Positions 7,389 through 11,621 of a DNA stretch of 11,621 nt are shown piece by piece. Every line of letters begins with the position of its first letter. The first letter of the stretch is position 1. The translations under genes were made by a program, and so were the position numbers. This stretch comes from Polyangiales bacterium. GTDB lineage: Bacteria > Myxococcota_A > Polyangia > Polyangiales > Houyiibacteriaceae. Location of the stretch: contig JBGCFM010000265.1 of assembly GCA_045106895.1 (NCBI GenBank), positions 1 through 11,621 on the forward strand, written 5' to 3'. Under the pieces are notes generated by a model that did no database searches, was not told the origin of the DNA, and worked only from the letters and a program-made list of their open reading frames with translations.

Positions 7389-8193
7389 CAGCGCATCCCC
7401 CTGCCACTACATTCGCTTTGCGCTTCTCGCCCTGGGACTCATCGGAGCCTGGGGATGCCAAAGCGAGTACGACGTGCGCGTCCGCGTGAGCGCAGCGGAC
7501 CTCGGCGACATTGTCCGAACTCAGGTCGCTGTTGTGCCGACGTGCTCCACGCAGGAGCTCGGCGGCGCGCCGATGAGCACCGTCCGCCTCGTCGAGTTCG
7601 CTCCGGGTGAGGCCGTTCCCGCCCTCGGAGAGCTCATGCCCGGAGACTACGGCCTCTACGCACGAGCCATGAACGCCCAGTGCCAAGTGGTGGCCGCGGG
7701 CTGCACGCCCATCGTCGTGGAGAGAGGCGGCGGGGGCCAGCTCGCCGTCGACATGTCCTCGCTTTCGCCCGCGGCTTTTTGCGACGTCTCCCGCACCTGC
7801 GTGCAAGGCGCGTGCGCCGGGTTTGACGCAGGCAGTCCGGACGCTGGCCAGGACGCTGGCGTATCCGACGCCCTACCCGACGCTCCGGCAGTGGACGCTC
7901 CGCAAGACGCGGCCATCGACGCCGTCGATGCCAGCGCGGGTGACGCCGGGACAGAATCCTGTGAGGACCGAGCGGGCGAAGCCGGCTGGGAGCTCTGCAA
8001 CGATGACGCTGGCTGCGCCGTGATCTTCCGCGACGGAACAGGCTGCCCCGAAGTCTGCCGGCAGCTCGGACTCACCTGCGCTCAAAGCTACGAAGACGAG
8101 CTCGGCGCCTGCGACTACCAGCGCGACTTGCCCGCCCTGGAATGCGCAGACACAGGGCACTCCTCCGACTACTGCGAGTGCGAAGCCCCCTAG
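7369..8193 (+). CDS. Non-catalytic lipoprotein: beta-rich N-terminal domain, DAG linker, C-terminal 10-Cys module
   Basis: In-frame ATG 7369 (the ORF track starts at TTG 7336) overlaps the lyase 3 stop. Signal RFALLALGLIGAWG|C. Acidic DAG/DAP linker. Cys module at 7960-8181. Stop TAG at 8191-8193. Confidence 0.8.
   Translation: MFLGPSSSASPCHYIRFALLALGLIGAWGCQSEYDVRVRVSAADLGDIVRTQVAVVPTCSTQELGGAPMSTVRLVEFAPGEAVPALGELMPGDYGLYARAMNAQCQVVAAGCTPIVVERGGGGQLAVDMSSLSPAAFCDVSRTCVQGACAGFDAGSPDAGQDAGVSDALPDAPAVDAPQDAAIDAVDASAGDAGTESCEDRAGEAGWELCNDDAGCAVIFRDGTGCPEVCRQLGLTCAQSYEDELGACDYQRDLPALECADTGHSSDYCECEAP
7960..8181 (+). repeat. 10-Cys protein module, copy 2
   Basis: CEDRAGEAGWELC...LGLTCAQSYEDELGACDYQRDLPALECADTGHSSDYCEC, homologous to 6150-6374. 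Confidence 0.85.
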
Positions 8194-8206
8194 TGGCTAC
8201 GAAGCG

Positions 8207-9646
8207 CTACTCCGCCGGGCGTACCCAGCGGTCGCGGTGTGCGTTGCAGCCGTTCTCCACGCACACACTCATCGGCGGCGGCAAACCGTCGGTCTGAATC
8301 GCGGCAAGCTCGATGGCGGCGAGGCCTACCTGAAGCGCCGCGAAGACAACGCCGGTCTGGTCCATGACGCTGACGCGAATCTCTCCTCCCAGGCCTGCGT
8401 CTTCGCCCTCGGCCGCCACGGGCACGTTCCAGACCTCTTCGCCCTGTTCGCTGTATCGCGTAACGCCGTTGTTGAGGTTCACCCACTCTCCCGTGTCAAA
8501 CCACCGAGACCGCCCGAGCGTGAACTGCGCATGCATCGGAATCGGGCGAGGTTCCCCGGAATATGGGGGATCGAGAGCGACCAGCTGCCCGTTCCAAAAA
8601 TGAACGGGCCCCACAGGAGAGAGCTGTGCGCCAGCCTCGCCACCCAGTCGATAGTGACCGTCGCTCGTGACGAGTAGAATCGTCTCAAGACTTCGGTCGT
8701 AGGTGTTGAACACCGAAAGAGACGGCGTCTGGGCGAGGAGTACGTTTGCCTCACCATCTTCGACGCCCGGAGGCTCAAATGCGTCGATGGAAAGGAGCTG
8801 GGGGTTGATGCGGTAGCTCCGCTGGGCACCGCCGGACACCACCACGCGTCCATCCGCATCCACGCGCAGATAGAAAAACCGGCCATCGCCAATGCCGGGG
8901 TCGATGCCCTCGTTGGTCAACGTCCACATGAGGCGCTCGCCCTGGCACGTCGCGTAGAGCTTATTGCCCGCCGTTGCGTAAACCATGCCCTGCGGGCCGA
9001 CGGCCAGAATCGTGTAGTAGTTCAGACCGCTAAGAATGGCGCCGGCCTCAGCATTCTCCGCGGGCAGGAACCGGCGGTTTGGGTTCATGATGCTCAACCC
9101 ACCGCGCGGCCCGTCCTCGGTATAGATCGCGCCTACCACGCGGCCGTCCGGGAGAGGAAGGAGCGGCCCGAGCCGCGACAGGATCTGTGGGTCATCCTCG
9201 TTGGCGCCCCCAGCGCGAAACCAGCGGCGCATGTGGCCGTCGCGAGAAAGCTGGGTCACGTGCGCGGCCCGCGGCCCACGCACCCAAATCGTACCGTCGG
9301 GACTGACCACAGGCTCGGACACGCCGGAATAATTGGACGCTGCCGCCCCCGAATAGAGTGGGTCTTCGCTTGGGCGGTAGCGCCAAAGAAGGCGCGGCGT
9401 GGCGTCGCCCGGAAGGCCGCGCGGCATTGGCTCCACCGCGGCCCAGTCCTCGCAGGGCTCCGTACTCTGGATGGTGATGATGGGCTCGTGACGCCACGGC
9501 GCTGGCGGGCCGGATGCGTCGCGCGCGTCCCGCGGGCCAACATCCGTGACATCAGGGTCTTCGGCGCGGGCATCCACATCGAGTGTCGCATCGTCGCCGC
9601 AGGAGATGAGGGCGAGCATCAGCAAGGCGTGGGCTACTCTGCGCAC
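8207..9646 (-). CDS. Lipoprotein with PQQ/BamB-like beta-propeller repeats, function unknown
   Basis: GTG start with an upstream SD; signal MRRVAHALLMLALIS|CGDD. Blade-like motifs: LLWRY, PVVSPDGTIWV, LPLPDGRVVG, AVGPQGMVYA..KLYA..LMWTL, RVDADGRVVV, GEEVWNV, MDQTGVVFA. Confidence 0.75.
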   Translation of the reverse strand: MRRVAHALLMLALISCGDDATLDVDARAEDPDVTDVGPRDARDASGPPAPWRHEPIITIQSTEPCEDWAAVEPMPRGLPGDATPRLLWRYRPSEDPLYSGAAASNYSGVSEPVVSPDGTIWVRGPRAAHVTQLSRDGHMRRWFRAGGANEDDPQILSRLGPLLPLPDGRVVGAIYTEDGPRGGLSIMNPNRRFLPAENAEAGAILSGLNYYTILAVGPQGMVYATAGNKLYATCQGERLMWTLTNEGIDPGIGDGRFFYLRVDADGRVVVSGGAQRSYRINPQLLSIDAFEPPGVEDGEANVLLAQTPSLSVFNTYDRSLETILLVTSDGHYRLGGEAGAQLSPVGPVHFWNGQLVALDPPYSGEPRPIPMHAQFTLGRSRWFDTGEWVNLNNGVTRYSEQGEEVWNVPVAAEGEDAGLGGEIRVSVMDQTGVVFAALQVGLAAIELAAIQTDGLPPPMSVCVENGCNAHRDRWVRPAE

Positions 9647-11619
9647 GTCACCTCCTCTTCCGAAGGAATGTACGCGGCAGGGTTGTTGATTCGGTCCATC
9701 TCGCTCACGTTCGTGGAAGCAAGGGGGCCACAGGTCCCGTTGCTTTGTGGCTCAGGATGAACCGGACGCAGGCCACAGCGTATCTCCGAGTCGTAGGGCG
9801 TAACCACGAAGTCGCTTGTGCCGGACGGTGCGTCCCGCCCCTCCGCGAGTTTCTGGCATGTGGACCATCGAATCTGCACGTAGTCGTTATAGTCACAGTA
9901 GAGCGTCGGGTGATGGCCCTCGGAGAAGGGAGACTGCGAAATGTGCGAGGGGCGAGGAGCGCCCGTGAAGTCCAGTGCAAACGATTCGCAGTACGTGCCC
10001 GTACAGGTGAGGTCGGCGGGACGGCCGGGGGCATAACCGGGAGTGTCACACGCGGAGCTCACCCCTTGGCCGGGGGGGCCGTCGCAACGCCGATGAAGAT
10101 TTCGGTACGCCCGTAGACCTGGTGCAGAGGATGCTACGGCGCGATCGTCGTAGACGAGCGCCACGCCAGACTCGCTTCGCTCACCGGTCTCGAGTGCGGT
10201 GCTGTCCGGCGTGGTCCAGCTCCCGAAGCCAGGAAGAACAGTTCGCGTTTCGAGGAGAACGTTGTCGTTGTCGCGGTAGACGACGAAGAGTTCCGGCTCG
10301 GATTGGCCGGGTGGTGCAGGCGCAACAGCGAGCTCAATGTCCGTGCCGATCCCTTGAGTGGAGGGCACGGTGGTTTCGAAAGTCCAAGTGGTGCCTGCGC
10401 CGGCTCCCGCCGGCACACTGTAGATGTTGATGGAGCTGACGGAGCTATGCCTTGCCGCCAAGTACACTTTGTCGCCGTGAGCGACGGCACCCACGTCGCC
10501 GTAACTGTAGTGCGTTCCGCTGCTCAAGCTCGTCGTTACCTGGGAGGGAACTGACCAAGACGTGGTACCAGCCGGCAAGAAACGCTGTCGCAGGACCGAG
10601 CCGGAATCTTGGTAGATCATGAGAACACCCCCGTGCGGATTACTGGCGCTCAGGGGCACTTCCACCAGCGTGACGTCAACCTGGGTGTCCCACCGGACAG
10701 AGCCGCTTAGTGTACCTGATGCCTGCTGCGCGAGCGGGGGCCCGCCGAGAGCAATATCCATGGTTTTCCAGCCCAGCGTCGTTCCGTTTCGGTACACGAA
10801 CACTAGGCCGGGGACAGTTCCGCCGCCGCTTTGAGCAGGCAGCAGCGTCGGGGCCATACTCACCGCGTCCACATCGCCGACGGAAAGGGGAAAAGCGTAG
10901 CCGAGCTCCATGCAGGGACCGTACGACCAACTACCGCCGGACTCGCTCGGAACAGTATCGCAGCGGCCATCGCTATTGATCGTGTAGAAAGCGGTGCCAG
11001 GCCAACCTGCGTCACCGTGGTAGTCAACGTACGCGAGAACGAGCGCATCTCCAGATATCGCCGCATCCATGTGGGAACCGTAGATGGACGTGTCTAGGTC
11101 CGGGTCGTTGTGTGACCTGCCCGCCGACTCGCGGGCGTTTCGTCCGTTTTCCTCGTTCCGATACTCGGCCCAAATCGTCGGCACCGGGTCGATGGCGCCG
11201 TTGAAGTTCCAATCGACATCTTCATTGAACTGTCCGTTGGGTAGGTTGTCCCAGACGTGGACCGTCGGGTCGCCTTCTCGCAAGGCAGCGACCGTCGCAG
11301 AAGGTGTCGCGCCAAAAGGGTCGTTTTCGTCGGCACCTCTTGAGCTGACCGCCCCCTCGACAGACGCGCTGGAGAACGCGAAGCTATTCGATTGTACGTT
11401 TTGAAAGCGATAGTTCATTCGCGAGGCATAATTAGGCCGGCGGTTTGCGCCATTTTCGAACTCAGCCGACGTTCCGTTTGGACCCCCGTGGCCCAGGCCC
11501 AGCATGTGGCCGATCTCGTGAATGTGGACCACGCTGCTGGTTCCCCGGTAGCAGTTCCCATTCGCCGCCCCCTTCGCTGACCCGTCCACCGCCCAGCGGA
11601 ATAGCCACGCTCTCTCTGC
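9634..11619 (-). CDS. Zinc metalloprotease (metzincin-type) with a C-terminal beta-propeller and Cys-rich tail, 5'-truncated
   Basis: Frame is open to the window edge (AERAWLFRWAVDG...). HEIGHMLGLGH at 11488-11520 matches HExxHxxGxxH; Met-turn SRMNY at about 11410-11424; DWNFNG loop. About six blade-like repeats follow (e.g. LVLAYVD, LVFVYRN, VLMIYQD, VYLAARH, LFVVYRD), with W[ST] ends on several. Stop TAG at 9634-9636. Confidence 0.82.
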   Translation of the reverse strand, partial: AERAWLFRWAVDGSAKGAANGNCYRGTSSVVHIHEIGHMLGLGHGGPNGTSAEFENGANRRPNYASRMNYRFQNVQSNSFAFSSASVEGAVSSRGADENDPFGATPSATVAALREGDPTVHVWDNLPNGQFNEDVDWNFNGAIDPVPTIWAEYRNEENGRNARESAGRSHNDPDLDTSIYGSHMDAAISGDALVLAYVDYHGDAGWPGTAFYTINSDGRCDTVPSESGGSWSYGPCMELGYAFPLSVGDVDAVSMAPTLLPAQSGGGTVPGLVFVYRNGTTLGWKTMDIALGGPPLAQQASGTLSGSVRWDTQVDVTLVEVPLSASNPHGGVLMIYQDSGSVLRQRFLPAGTTSWSVPSQVTTSLSSGTHYSYGDVGAVAHGDKVYLAARHSSVSSINIYSVPAGAGAGTTWTFETTVPSTQGIGTDIELAVAPAPPGQSEPELFVVYRDNDNVLLETRTVLPGFGSWTTPDSTALETGERSESGVALVYDDRAVASSAPGLRAYRNLHRRCDGPPGQGVSSACDTPGYAPGRPADLTCTGTYCESFALDFTGAPRPSHISQSPFSEGHHPTLYCDYNDYVQIRWSTCQKLAEGRDAPSGTSDFVVTPYDSEIRCGLRPVHPEPQSNGTCGPLASTNVSEMDRINNPAAYIPSEEEVTCAE
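9650..9656 (-). promoter_or_regulatory. Shine-Dalgarno AGGAGGT for the 8207-9646 gene
   Basis: The - strand reads GAAGAGGAGGTGAC-GTG. The site lies within the last codons of the upstream protease gene, which overlaps the lipoprotein gene by 13 nt. Confidence 0.65.
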
Positions 11620-11621
11620 AC

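Noticed and set aside
3181..9646. Gene symbols tolB, bamB or pel for the propeller and lyase genes
   Set aside because: Only fold-level motifs are evident. Context (no tol-pal or bam genes) and domain architecture do not support orthology.
8207..11621. Possible lower-GC, horizontally acquired right-hand block
   Set aside because: Spot counts of 60-nt lines overlapped between the two halves (roughly 55-67% vs 50-72%). A proper GC3 or codon analysis is needed, and no mobility genes are seen.
189..11621. Remaining short overlapping ORFs in the six-frame track
   Set aside because: All overlap better-supported genes in other frames and show the low-complexity R/P/S/A composition typical of off-frame GC-rich sequence.

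Overview
GC-rich bacterial window. The DSG/DAG acidic linkers, Cys-rich modules and many lipoproteins suggest a myxobacterium such as Polyangiales/Sandaracinaceae (inference only). The + strand (1-8193) carries a polysaccharide-lyase cluster: a 5'-truncated PL1 pectate-lyase-like gene, a large helical regulator with two apparent winged-HTH domains, a translationally coupled PD40/TolB-like beta-propeller lipoprotein, a second paralogous PL1 lipoprotein, a third classic-type PL1 lipoprotein with a 10-Cys module, and a non-catalytic lipoprotein carrying a second copy of that module. Converging on the - strand are a 5'-truncated metzincin-type metalloprotease with a beta-propeller and a PQQ/BamB-like propeller lipoprotein. 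Most notable: (i) an identical 25-bp element, ACTCGCGCCACCCTCGTTGTGGACG, upstream of two lyase genes, each followed at the same offset by GCTT-N3-TCT and then by similar signal peptides; (ii) a ~75-aa 10-Cys domain I cannot assign, shared by an enzyme and a non-enzyme; (iii) the double-wHTH regulator. Together these suggest a co-regulated, membrane-anchored pectin/uronan-degrading system. No rRNA, tRNA, CRISPR array or mobile element was recognised.
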